From contig JBGTAJ010000048.1 in assembly GCA_041749915.1 (NCBI GenBank), positions 17,844-81,843 of the forward strand: a stretch of 64,000 bases of DNA, given 5' to 3'. Origin of the DNA: Flavobacteriales bacterium. Its GTDB lineage: Bacteria; Bacteroidota; Bacteroidia; Flavobacteriales_F; PHOS-HE28. Made by a program: the position numbers and the translations under genes. Under the pieces are notes generated by a model. It saw only the letters and a list, made by a program, of their open reading frames with translations. It ran no database searches and was not told where the DNA came from. Positions 1 through 8,432 of the stretch are shown here, piece by piece. Position 1 is the stretch's first letter. Each line of letters begins with the position of its first letter.

Positions 1-1
1 C

Positions 2-631
2 CGCGCTCTGCTCCTCGCCAGTAGCCTGTTCCTGCACGTGGCGGTGGCATTCGCGCAGGAGGATACCTTGGCCATTCCCGTGCAGGCGGACAGCCTGATC
101 ATCACCGGCGGTGTTCCGGAACCCATGATGGACAGCACGGCCGTAGCGCCCGCACAAGCTGCTGACACCCTGGACTGGCGGGCCCGGCATTCACCGCACA
201 AGGCTTCCATCCTTTCTGCCGTCCTGCCCGGCGCCGGGCAGATATACAACCGCAAGTACTGGAAGGCGCCCATCGTCTGGGCCGGACTGGGCACCTGCGT
301 CTATTTCATCCAGGAGAACAGTGCCGAATACCGGCGCTACAAGGATGCCTACATCGCCTTGGTGGACGGTGACCCCACGACAACCGATGAGTTCAATGGC
401 CAGTTCAGCGCTGCCCAGGTGCTGGATGTGACGGATACCTACCGGCGCTGGCGTGACCTGAGCTACATCGCCTTCGGCCTGGTGTACATGCTGAACATCG
501 TCGATGCAGGTGTGGACGCGAACTTCGTTCATTTCGATGTGAGCCGCGACCTGAGCTTGAACGTCGGGCCATCCATGGAACTGGCCTCAAGAGGGGCGGC
601 CGGCCTGTCGTTCTCTCTGGCCCTGCGTTGA
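2..631 (+). CDS. DUF5683-type membrane/exported protein (5' end probably upstream of window)
   Basis: Frame open from base 2 with signal-peptide-like residues; SAVLPGAGQIYNRKYWKAPIVW motif; typically precedes dapB in Bacteroidota. Confidence 0.75.
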   Translation, partial: RALLLASSLFLHVAVAFAQEDTLAIPVQADSLIITGGVPEPMMDSTAVAPAQAADTLDWRARHSPHKASILSAVLPGAGQIYNRKYWKAPIVWAGLGTCVYFIQENSAEYRRYKDAYIALVDGDPTTTDEFNGQFSAAQVLDVTDTYRRWRDLSYIAFGLVYMLNIVDAGVDANFVHFDVSRDLSLNVGPSMELASRGAAGLSFSLALR

Positions 632-746
632 AGCATCGCACCCGGCCACATGTGCCGGGCGTTTACCTTCGGCGCCGGCCCTGAGCACTTGATCATCCGT
701 ACGGTGTCAGCGTATCCAGGACCAACGGACCAGAACTCTCCCTACC

Positions 747-1466
747 ATGCGCATCGCACTTTATGGATATGGCCGCATGGGCAAGGCCATTGAGGCCATT
801 GCCCTCAGCCGCGGGCACGAGGTGGTGCTGCGCGTGGATGCCTCCAATGCAGGCACCCCGCCCACCGGTTCCGACGTGGCCATCGAGTTCAGCAGGCCGG
901 AGCAGGCGCTGGGCAACATGCGGCTGTGCCTGGAACACGGCGTTCCCGTAGTGGTGGGAACCACCGGTTGGTACGACGAAATGAACACCGTGCAGGCGCT
1001 TGTGCGTCGAACGGGCGGGACGCTTCTGTGGGCCAGCAACTTCAGCATCGGGGTGAACCTGTTCTTCCGCGTGAACCGCATGCTGGCCGGGCTGATGGAC
1101 CGCCAGCCGCAGTACGGCGTGCACATCGATGAGGTCCACCACGTCCGCAAGCTGGACGCTCCCAGCGGGACCGCCATCACCCTGGCGCGGGACATCGACC
1201 TGAAGCATCGTGCGTATTCCGGTTGGGCCCTGGCACCGGCCCCTGCTCCCACCGGTACACCTACCTCAGTCCCCATCAACGCCGAGCGCATCGGTGAGGT
1301 CCCCGGAAAACATTCCGTGACCTGGACCGGCCCGGATGACCGCATCACCATTACTCACGAGGCCTTTGGTCGCACGGGTTTCGCGACCGGCGCGGTGGTG
1401 GCCGCGGAATGGCTGCAGGGCCGCAACGGGCTGTTCACCATGGATGATGTGCTGGATGTCTCCTGA
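747..1466 (+). CDS. dapB: 4-hydroxy-tetrahydrodipicolinate reductase
   Basis: GYGRMG Rossmann motif, VGTTG, ASNFSIG, EVHHVRKLDAPSGTA. Confidence 0.97.
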   Translation: MRIALYGYGRMGKAIEAIALSRGHEVVLRVDASNAGTPPTGSDVAIEFSRPEQALGNMRLCLEHGVPVVVGTTGWYDEMNTVQALVRRTGGTLLWASNFSIGVNLFFRVNRMLAGLMDRQPQYGVHIDEVHHVRKLDAPSGTAITLARDIDLKHRAYSGWALAPAPAPTGTPTSVPINAERIGEVPGKHSVTWTGPDDRITITHEAFGRTGFATGAVVAAEWLQGRNGLFTMDDVLDVS

Positions 1467-1594
1467 AACCCTCCGTTCATCGTACCCGATCACCACTTGT
1501 ACCGCCGTTCACAGCATTTCACGATCGGTCCGAGGCCTACGTCAGTCGTAGTTCGCACCTTCGCTGACCGCATCCATCCCCGCAACCCGCGATC

Positions 1595-3139
1595 ATGATC
1601 CCCTACCTCTTCCTCTTCGCCTATTTCGCTGTGCTGATGGCCAGCCTGTGGAAGCTGTTCCAGAAGGCCGGCAAGCCTGCCTGGGCCGGATTCGTTCCGG
1701 GGTACAACATCCTGGTGTGGCTGCAGATCACCGGCAAACCCTGGTGGTGGATCTTCCTCTTCGTGGTGCCGGGTGTGAACCTGCTCATGTTCATCATCAT
1801 GAACGTGAACATCAGCATCGTGCTAGGCGAACGGGAAGTGAAGGACCATGTGCTGATGGTGTTCGTTCCCTGGTGGAAGGTCCCCCAGCTGTGCTACTCC
1901 GACAAGACGTTCGTGGGCCCCATCCCCGTGGCGCAGCGCAAGCGGGGCATGGTGGGCCAGTGGGGCGATGCGATCCTGTTCGCGGTGATCGTGGCCACCG
2001 TGTTCCGCACCTTCACCTTCGAGGCCTTCACCATTCCCACGCCATCCATGGAGAAGAGCCTGCTGGTGGGTGACTACCTCTTTGTGAGCAAGCTGAGCTA
2101 CGGCCCACGCCTGCCCATCACCCCCATCACCTTCCCTTTCACGCACCACACCCTGCCGCTTACCACCAGCACGCCCTCCTTCGTGAACTGGTTCAGCCAA
2201 CCCTACCGCAGGCTTCCCGGTTTCGGGACCCCGCAACGCGGCGATGCAGTGGTCTTCAACTTCCCGGAGGGTGATACCGTGGTGGCCAATTTCCAGAACC
2301 AGAGCTACTACCAGATGGCCCGGCAATACGGCCGGGAGAAACTGCACGACCCCAATGCCCGCATCGAGAGCTATGATGAGCTCGGTCGGCGTACCATGAA
2401 GCCCACCGGAGGCATCCTGGTGCGCCCGGTGGACAAGCGCGAGAACTACATCAAACGCTGCGTGGCCATCGCCGGCGACAGTCTGCAGGTGGTGCATGGG
2501 CAGGTGCTGGTGAACGGGAAGGCCTCGCCCCTGGCGAACACCGGACAGTACGCCTACGAGTTCCAGCTAAAGAGCTCCTTCCGGCCGGACCTGCTAAAGA
2601 AACGCTTCGACATCTCGCCCAGTGATGTGCAGGACAACGGCCGCATGGCGCTGATCCCCATGACGGACGAGGTGGCGGAGAAAGTGGGGAAGTTCGACAA
2701 CGTGGTGAGCATGACCCGTCAGGACCACCCCGAAGGGTTCTACGATCCCTATGGCAGCTGGCCCATCTACCCCAACACCCCGGAGTATCACTGGACGGAG
2801 GACAACTTCGGCCCGATCTGGATCCCGAAGGCCGGGGTGACGATCACCCTGACTGAAAAGAACCTGCCCCTCTATCGCCGTGCCATCACACTATACGAAG
2901 GCAACACGCTGGAGGTGAAGGACGGCGCCATCCTGATCAACGGTGCGGTGTCGGACACGTACACATTCAAACAGGACTACTACTGGATGATGGGCGACAA
3001 CCGCCACCGTTCACAGGACAGTCGGTTCTGGGGCTTCGTGCCGCATGACCACGTCGTGGGCAAGGCCGTTCTCGTTTGGTTCACCAAGGACCCGTACACC
3101 GGCATACGCTGGAAACGATTGTTCACCCTAGTGAAGTGA
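1595..3139 (+). CDS. lepB: Signal peptidase I with N-terminal DUF5684-like membrane domain
   Basis: IPTPSMEKSLLVGD (Ser), YIKRCVA (Lys), MMGDNRHRSQDSRFWGFVP. Confidence 0.95.
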   Translation: MIPYLFLFAYFAVLMASLWKLFQKAGKPAWAGFVPGYNILVWLQITGKPWWWIFLFVVPGVNLLMFIIMNVNISIVLGEREVKDHVLMVFVPWWKVPQLCYSDKTFVGPIPVAQRKRGMVGQWGDAILFAVIVATVFRTFTFEAFTIPTPSMEKSLLVGDYLFVSKLSYGPRLPITPITFPFTHHTLPLTTSTPSFVNWFSQPYRRLPGFGTPQRGDAVVFNFPEGDTVVANFQNQSYYQMARQYGREKLHDPNARIESYDELGRRTMKPTGGILVRPVDKRENYIKRCVAIAGDSLQVVHGQVLVNGKASPLANTGQYAYEFQLKSSFRPDLLKKRFDISPSDVQDNGRMALIPMTDEVAEKVGKFDNVVSMTRQDHPEGFYDPYGSWPIYPNTPEYHWTEDNFGPIWIPKAGVTITLTEKNLPLYRRAITLYEGNTLEVKDGAILINGAVSDTYTFKQDYYWMMGDNRHRSQDSRFWGFVPHDHVVGKAVLVWFTKDPYTGIRWKRLFTLVK

Positions 3140-3186
3140 GCGGGGACGTGATCAACCGGCTCTTTCGCCTCGACCTGTCTTATTGA

Positions 3187-4143
3187 ATGGAGGTCGGGCC
3201 AGGGTCAGCGACCGGAAGGGTTGTGAAGCAGCGCCGGCCTGCTCTGCGGGATTGGATGCGTGCCCTGGTCCCGGCCCTTGGGCTGCTGGTCCTGCTGCAC
3301 CTGTTCGTGGTGCGCTGGGCCGTGGTGGAGAACACCAGCATGTACGCCACGCTTCGTCCGGGTGACCTGGTGATGGTGCAGCGCTGGGCCAAGTGGACCG
3401 GTGTCGGCCGCGGTGACATCGTCCTGTTCCGCGACCCCTTGAAGGACCGGTTGCCCTTGTGGCGCCGCCCGCTCATGGTGAAGCGCATCGTGGGCATGCC
3501 GGGTGACACCGTGGAGATCCGGAACGGCGTGCTGACCATCAATGGACAACGACAGGATGCCGCCCCGGGCGAGACCCGCAGCCACTTGGTGCGCTTGCGA
3601 TCCGGGGCCTCTCCGGCCGGGGTGTTGCAGTTCCTGGGCCTCGAAGGCATGGCGATCATGGAAGGCAGGTCATTCATCGAACTGCCGCTGAACGACAGCC
3701 TTGCGCAGGAACTGGAACGACGTCCCGACGTGGTGAGCGTTTCACCGATGGGGCCGTCCACGGGCTCACCGGGGCACATCTTTCCGTTCAGTCCACGCTA
3801 CCGGTGGAACGGGGATGACTACGGGCCCGTGGTAGTGCCGGCAAAGGGCGATACGGTGACCATCACCATCGATAACCTGCCGCTGTATGACCGGATCATC
3901 AGCCGGTATGAAGGACATCGCTTGGTGGCCAACGGCAACGTGCTCATGTTGGACGATGCGCCGCTGGAGCACTATGTGATCGAACAGGACTATTTCTTCG
4001 TGCTGGGCGACAGCCGGCATCACAGTGCGGATTCCCGTTACTGGGGCTTTGTGCCAAGGGACCATATGGTCGGAAGGACCGATCTGGTGATCACCGGTCA
4101 CGGCGCCAACGGTGAACGGAGCGGTCCGAGAATGCTGGAATGA
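3187..4143 (+). CDS. lepB: Second signal peptidase I (S26)
   Basis: NTSMYATLRPGD, VKRIVGMPGD, LGDSRHHSADSRYWGFVP. Confidence 0.9.
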   Translation: MEVGPGSATGRVVKQRRPALRDWMRALVPALGLLVLLHLFVVRWAVVENTSMYATLRPGDLVMVQRWAKWTGVGRGDIVLFRDPLKDRLPLWRRPLMVKRIVGMPGDTVEIRNGVLTINGQRQDAAPGETRSHLVRLRSGASPAGVLQFLGLEGMAIMEGRSFIELPLNDSLAQELERRPDVVSVSPMGPSTGSPGHIFPFSPRYRWNGDDYGPVVVPAKGDTVTITIDNLPLYDRIISRYEGHRLVANGNVLMLDDAPLEHYVIEQDYFFVLGDSRHHSADSRYWGFVPRDHMVGRTDLVITGHGANGERSGPRMLE

Positions 4144-4160
4144 GGGGTATTTTTAGCCCC

Positions 4161-4655
4161 ATGAAGATCTGGTCCGGTGGGTTTCTCGTGGTTGCGGCCT
4201 GGGTTCTGGGGGGATGTGGTGGAGCGCAGGACAAGGATGCCTGTACGAAGTTCTTCACGCCTTACCCGGACCTGTTCGCCAATACCGAGCGTAGCGTGAA
4301 GAACGCAGATCTGTTGGATGCCATGGCCAAATACCGAGCCGGAGACTATGCCGGTGCGGAGGAACTGCTGAAGGCCTATGTGGGACGTCCTGCTTCGAAG
4401 GACATCGCACTGATCTACCTGGCCAGCGCTCAACTGGCCCAGGGTAGGCCTTACGATGCCGAGCTGCAATTGGACCACCTGGAGGCCAGCAAGCTAAAGG
4501 ACATGAGCGATCAGACAGAGTGGTATACGCTGCTGTGCTGGGTGTGCAGCGAGCAGCATGATCGTGCGGTCACCGAGGCACGGCGCATCGCGGAAGCGGG
4601 TCGGCATACCTACCAGCGTGAGGCCCGGGAACTGCTGAAGATGTTGGAACAGTGA
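4161..4655 (+). CDS. TPR-like lipoprotein
   Basis: Lipobox LGGC after hydrophobic stretch; helical TPR-like repeats; ATG 4161 follows a TATTTTTA -7-like element. Confidence 0.65.
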   Translation: MKIWSGGFLVVAAWVLGGCGGAQDKDACTKFFTPYPDLFANTERSVKNADLLDAMAKYRAGDYAGAEELLKAYVGRPASKDIALIYLASAQLAQGRPYDAELQLDHLEASKLKDMSDQTEWYTLLCWVCSEQHDRAVTEARRIAEAGRHTYQREARELLKMLEQ

Positions 4656-5290
4656 CCTACGAGGAGGCGTTGCAGCAGCTTACCGAGGCGTTCCGGCGAC
4701 CGCTGCCCGGGCACGACCGTTTCCTGCGGATGTCCGGCTATCCCCGGCCCGATATGGACCAGGTCCGTGCGATGGTGCCCTCGCCCCGGGAGAGCGCCGT
4801 GCTGGCCATGGTCTACCCCAAGGGCTTGATGGCCCACGTGATGCTGATGGTGCGGCCCCAGTACGACGGCGTGCACAGCGGTCAGGTCGCCTTTCCAGGA
4901 GGGCGTCGCGAGGAAGTGGACGCCACCTTGGAGGATACCGCGCTACGTGAATTCCGGGAAGAGACGGGCGCTGCCATTGATGCTGTCACCGTCCACGGTG
5001 CCCTTTCACCGGTGTACATTCCGCCGAGCCGGAGCCTGGTGACGCCCTATGTGGCAAGCACCGCCGAACTGGGTCCCTTGGTGCCCGACCCCTACGAGGT
5101 GCAGGCGCTCATCGAGGCACCGCTGGAACTGCTGTTGCGCGCTGACATCCTGAAGAAAGGAGATCGCTTCGTGCAGGTGATGGATCGCACCATGGAGGTC
5201 CCCTACTTCGACGTGCAGGGCCACATGGTGTGGGGCGCCACGGCCATGATGATCGCCGAACTACGCGACCTGTTCGGCGGCCAGGGGTGA
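4652..5290 (+). CDS. Nudix hydrolase, CoA pyrophosphatase family
   Basis: HSGQVAFPGG...TALREFREETG Nudix box, VWGATAM. Confidence 0.92.
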   Translation: MTYEEALQQLTEAFRRPLPGHDRFLRMSGYPRPDMDQVRAMVPSPRESAVLAMVYPKGLMAHVMLMVRPQYDGVHSGQVAFPGGRREEVDATLEDTALREFREETGAAIDAVTVHGALSPVYIPPSRSLVTPYVASTAELGPLVPDPYEVQALIEAPLELLLRADILKKGDRFVQVMDRTMEVPYFDVQGHMVWGATAMMIAELRDLFGGQG

Positions 5291-8200
5291 TCCCACTTCG
5301 CGCCGGAACTTGTCGTTGGGGCGGGTCCCCTGCTCATCCGCACTGTACGCCGGTTTGATCCGGCGCACGAAGTACATGTCGATCGCGCCCTTGTTCTTGG
5401 CCGCGACCTGCCCACGGGATTCGCACTCGAAGCGGTCCTTGATGAGCTCGTATGTGGCACCGCTGATGTTCACTTCTCCGGGTGCACCGCTGCTCTCCAT
5501 CCGGCTGGCCGTGTTCACGGTATCGCCCCAGATGTCGTAGGCGAACTTTCGTTTGCCCACCACACCGGCCACCACCGGTCCGCTGTGCACGCCGATCCGC
5601 AGGATCCACGGGGTCTTCCCCTGCGCCTCGCGTTCGCGCCGCCAATCGTCCATCAGGTCCCGCACTTCCAAGGCCGCCAGGATGCACTTATGCGCATGGA
5701 ACGGGTCGCTGGTGGGAACGCCGGCGGCGCACATGTAACTGTCGCCGATGGTCTTGATCTTCTCGATACCGTAGTTGCCCACGATCTCGTCGAAGCGGAT
5801 GAAGCACTCATCCAGTTCGTTGACCAGCTCTTCCGGCGTCATCTTCTCCGCCGCCTGAGTGAAGCCCTTCATATCCGTGAACAGCACGGTGACCTTCTCA
5901 TGGCGGCGTGCGGTGGCCTTGCCCTTGTCCTTGAGCTCCTCGCTGATCTCCTTGGGCAGGATGTTCAGCAGCAGGTCCTCGATCCGGCCCTTCTGGCCTT
6001 CGATCTCCTTGCTCTGCGCCACTACTTCCGCGGTGCGCTCTTCCACCTTGCGCTCCAGGACCTGGTTGCGCAACCGGAGTTGGCGCTCGCGCACCTTGAT
6101 GTAGCTGAACAGCACGATGCCGATGGCCAGCACGAGCGCGGTGTAGAACCACCAGGAACGATACCACGGAGGAAGGATGATGAATCCCAGTTGCGCTGGG
6201 GGATCGCTCCACAGGCCACTTCGGTCCATGGCCTTCACCTGGAAGGTGTAGTCGCCTGGAGGAAGTGCCGGGTAGTACGCCTCAGCGGTCGTGGTGATGG
6301 GCTGCCAGTCGTCATCCAGACCATCCAATTTGTACATGTAGCGGACGGCTGCGGGATCACTGAGAGAGACGCTGCCATAGCTGATGCGCACGTTCCGGTC
6401 GCTATGGCTCAAGCGGGATTCCGTCAAGGAGCGGTCCTCGAGGTTCACTTTCCATCCGCGCAAAGCCACCAAGGGGGCGATGGAACGTTCTGCTCCTTTC
6501 TCACTGCCCACGCGGGTGGCACCGTTCACCGTGCCGAACCACAGGTCGCCCGTGCGCGTGGTCCACACGGCGTTCGGCTTCACTTCCAGCCCGGTGAACC
6601 CGGCACGCTCGGTGAAGGCGATGAAGCCTCCCTTCTTGGGCCGCCACTTGTTCAGGCCCCGGCTCGTGCCGATCCACACATGACCATGATCATCGATGCC
6701 CAATGCCTTGATGTTGTTGTGAAGCAGCCCTTCGTTGGTGGTGAACTCCTGCACCACCTTGCCGTTCTGAAGCACCATGATCCCCTGCCCTTCCGTGCCC
6801 ACCCAGATGCGGCCTTCGAGGTCCTGGACGAAAGCCGTGGGAGTGAACAGGCGGCCAAGGTCCACGCGCTGTGCCTGGCCATTGTCAATGCGTGTGATAC
6901 CCTTCGCCAAACTGCCAGCCCAAATGGTGCCTTTGGGGTCGCGATAGAGCGAAACAATGTTCCTTCCGGCCAGGCCTTCACCTTCGGTGTATACGGTCGG
7001 CACGGTGCCCGATCCGGGCAGATAGCGACGAAGACCGTTGACACCACCCACCCAAAGCTCGCCAGACTGGCCGACCTCGAGGGCGGTCACACGGTTATCG
7101 CCAAGGCTGGCCGACAGCTCGACGTCATACACCGCCTTGCCGCTTCGGGGGTCATAGCGGATCAGGCCTCCGTTGTGCGTGCCGATCCACATGTAGCCTT
7201 TGTCGTCCTCCCGCAAACAACGTATGAAGTTGGTAGTGAGCGTTCCCTGCTGTTGGGTGATGGTCTGTGCCACACCGCCACCTTGTTTGCCGGATATGAT
7301 GACGATGCCGCCGTTGGTGCCGAACCAAGTTCGCCCTTGGGAATCTTCGGTCACGGCGAACACCTGCGGATCGGAGAGCCCATCGGCTTCGCCGAAACTG
7401 ACGAAACGATCGCCCTTGAAGATGTCGAGGCCGCTGTCGTTGGTGCCGATCAACAAGTTGCCTTCCCGGTCGCGAACGATGCACCGCACGAAGTCGCTGT
7501 GCAAGCCATTGCTCTTGCTGAAAGTGCGCAAGCCATCCTTGGCGATCAAGCACACCCCCCCTTCCGTGGTACCGGCCCAGATCTGTCCTTCGCCGTCCTC
7601 GCCAAAGGCGAAGACGGTGCCATCGGAAAGACCATTGGACGGATCATAGCGCGAGATCAGCTTTCCACTGGCATCGAACTGGAACGCTCCACCACCAATG
7701 GTACCTACCCATATTGCTTTCCGACTGTCCTGAAAGAGCGTTATGGCTTTGAAGATGTCGGTCACACCGGGCAGTTCCACCAAGGCGAACTGCTTGGACC
7801 CGGGATCGTAGGCGCGGATCGTGCCGGCATCCTGCACGAAGCAGAGCCGGTCATCCTGCAGCTTCACCACACCGCGCAGCACCTTGCGAAGACCGGCAGC
7901 CTCCTCGAACTGCTGCACCTTCAATGTGCCACTTTCATCGGGGGCACCCTCCACCCGGAACGCTCCGTGGCCTGCGGTGCTCAGCCAGATGGAAGCATCA
8001 CTGGCCTGTGCAATGCCCGTGATGTCGCTGTGCATGCCGGTTGCCACCGCAAGCGTTCGGAACCGGTGACCGTCGTAATACGTGAGACCACCGTCCAGGT
8101 GACCGATCCAAAGCCCACCATCCTTGTCCAAACAGAGGGAAGGAACGCCATTGGCCGCCAGCCCGTCCTGCGTGCCGTAGTTGACCACCACATTACCGTC

Positions 8201-8425
8201 GTAGCTGGAAAGGCCCGTCTCCGTGCCGATCCAGATCAGGCCAAAGGGATCTTGCAGGGCGGTATACACCTTGGAGGTGAGCCCCTGCTGCACCGCAACG
8301 TTCTCGAAGAAGTAGCGCTGCGCGATCCCCGGAACGCACGCCACTAATGCCAGCGCAAGGAGCACCGAACGGGCATGGTGAAGAACACCGGAGGCGGAAC
8401 GGTGGAAGGGCAATGTTCGGGACAT
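5261..8425 (-). CDS. Beta-propeller (Reg_prop)/Y_Y_Y periplasmic sensor fused to class III adenylate cyclase
   Basis: Many D-x-x-G-x-x-W-x-G-T repeats; YMYKLDG...YPALPPGDYTFQVKA; PPWYRSWWF plus TM helix; FTDMKGFT, KIKTIGDSYM, YDIWGDTVNTASRME. Confidence 0.93.
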   Translation of the reverse strand: MSRTLPFHRSASGVLHHARSVLLALALVACVPGIAQRYFFENVAVQQGLTSKVYTALQDPFGLIWIGTETGLSSYDGNVVVNYGTQDGLAANGVPSLCLDKDGGLWIGHLDGGLTYYDGHRFRTLAVATGMHSDITGIAQASDASIWLSTAGHGAFRVEGAPDESGTLKVQQFEEAAGLRKVLRGVVKLQDDRLCFVQDAGTIRAYDPGSKQFALVELPGVTDIFKAITLFQDSRKAIWVGTIGGGAFQFDASGKLISRYDPSNGLSDGTVFAFGEDGEGQIWAGTTEGGVCLIAKDGLRTFSKSNGLHSDFVRCIVRDREGNLLIGTNDSGLDIFKGDRFVSFGEADGLSDPQVFAVTEDSQGRTWFGTNGGIVIISGKQGGGVAQTITQQQGTLTTNFIRCLREDDKGYMWIGTHNGGLIRYDPRSGKAVYDVELSASLGDNRVTALEVGQSGELWVGGVNGLRRYLPGSGTVPTVYTEGEGLAGRNIVSLYRDPKGTIWAGSLAKGITRIDNGQAQRVDLGRLFTPTAFVQDLEGRIWVGTEGQGIMVLQNGKVVQEFTTNEGLLHNNIKALGIDDHGHVWIGTSRGLNKWRPKKGGFIAFTERAGFTGLEVKPNAVWTTRTGDLWFGTVNGATRVGSEKGAERSIAPLVALRGWKVNLEDRSLTESRLSHSDRNVRISYGSVSLSDPAAVRYMYKLDGLDDDWQPITTTAEAYYPALPPGDYTFQVKAMDRSGLWSDPPAQLGFIILPPWYRSWWFYTALVLAIGIVLFSYIKVRERQLRLRNQVLERKVEERTAEVVAQSKEIEGQKGRIEDLLLNILPKEISEELKDKGKATARRHEKVTVLFTDMKGFTQAAEKMTPEELVNELDECFIRFDEIVGNYGIEKIKTIGDSYMCAAGVPTSDPFHAHKCILAALEVRDLMDDWRREREAQGKTPWILRIGVHSGPVVAGVVGKRKFAYDIWGDTVNTASRMESSGAPGEVNISGATYELIKDRFECESRGQVAAKNKGAIDMYFVRRIKPAYSADEQGTRPNDKFRREVGSPLAAEQVA

Positions 8426-8432
8426 GCGCGGG

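Noticed and set aside
1595-4143. Two tandem signal peptidase I genes
   Set aside because: dapB followed by two lepB genes is a familiar Bacteroidota arrangement, and both keep the Ser/Lys dyad.
5585-8347. 920-aa plus-strand ORF and other long antisense ORFs (e.g. 13498-15216, 31054-32670, 42434-44566, 59905-61542)
   Set aside because: They mirror well-supported genes on the opposite strand and have no motifs; they are expected shadow ORFs in high-GC DNA.
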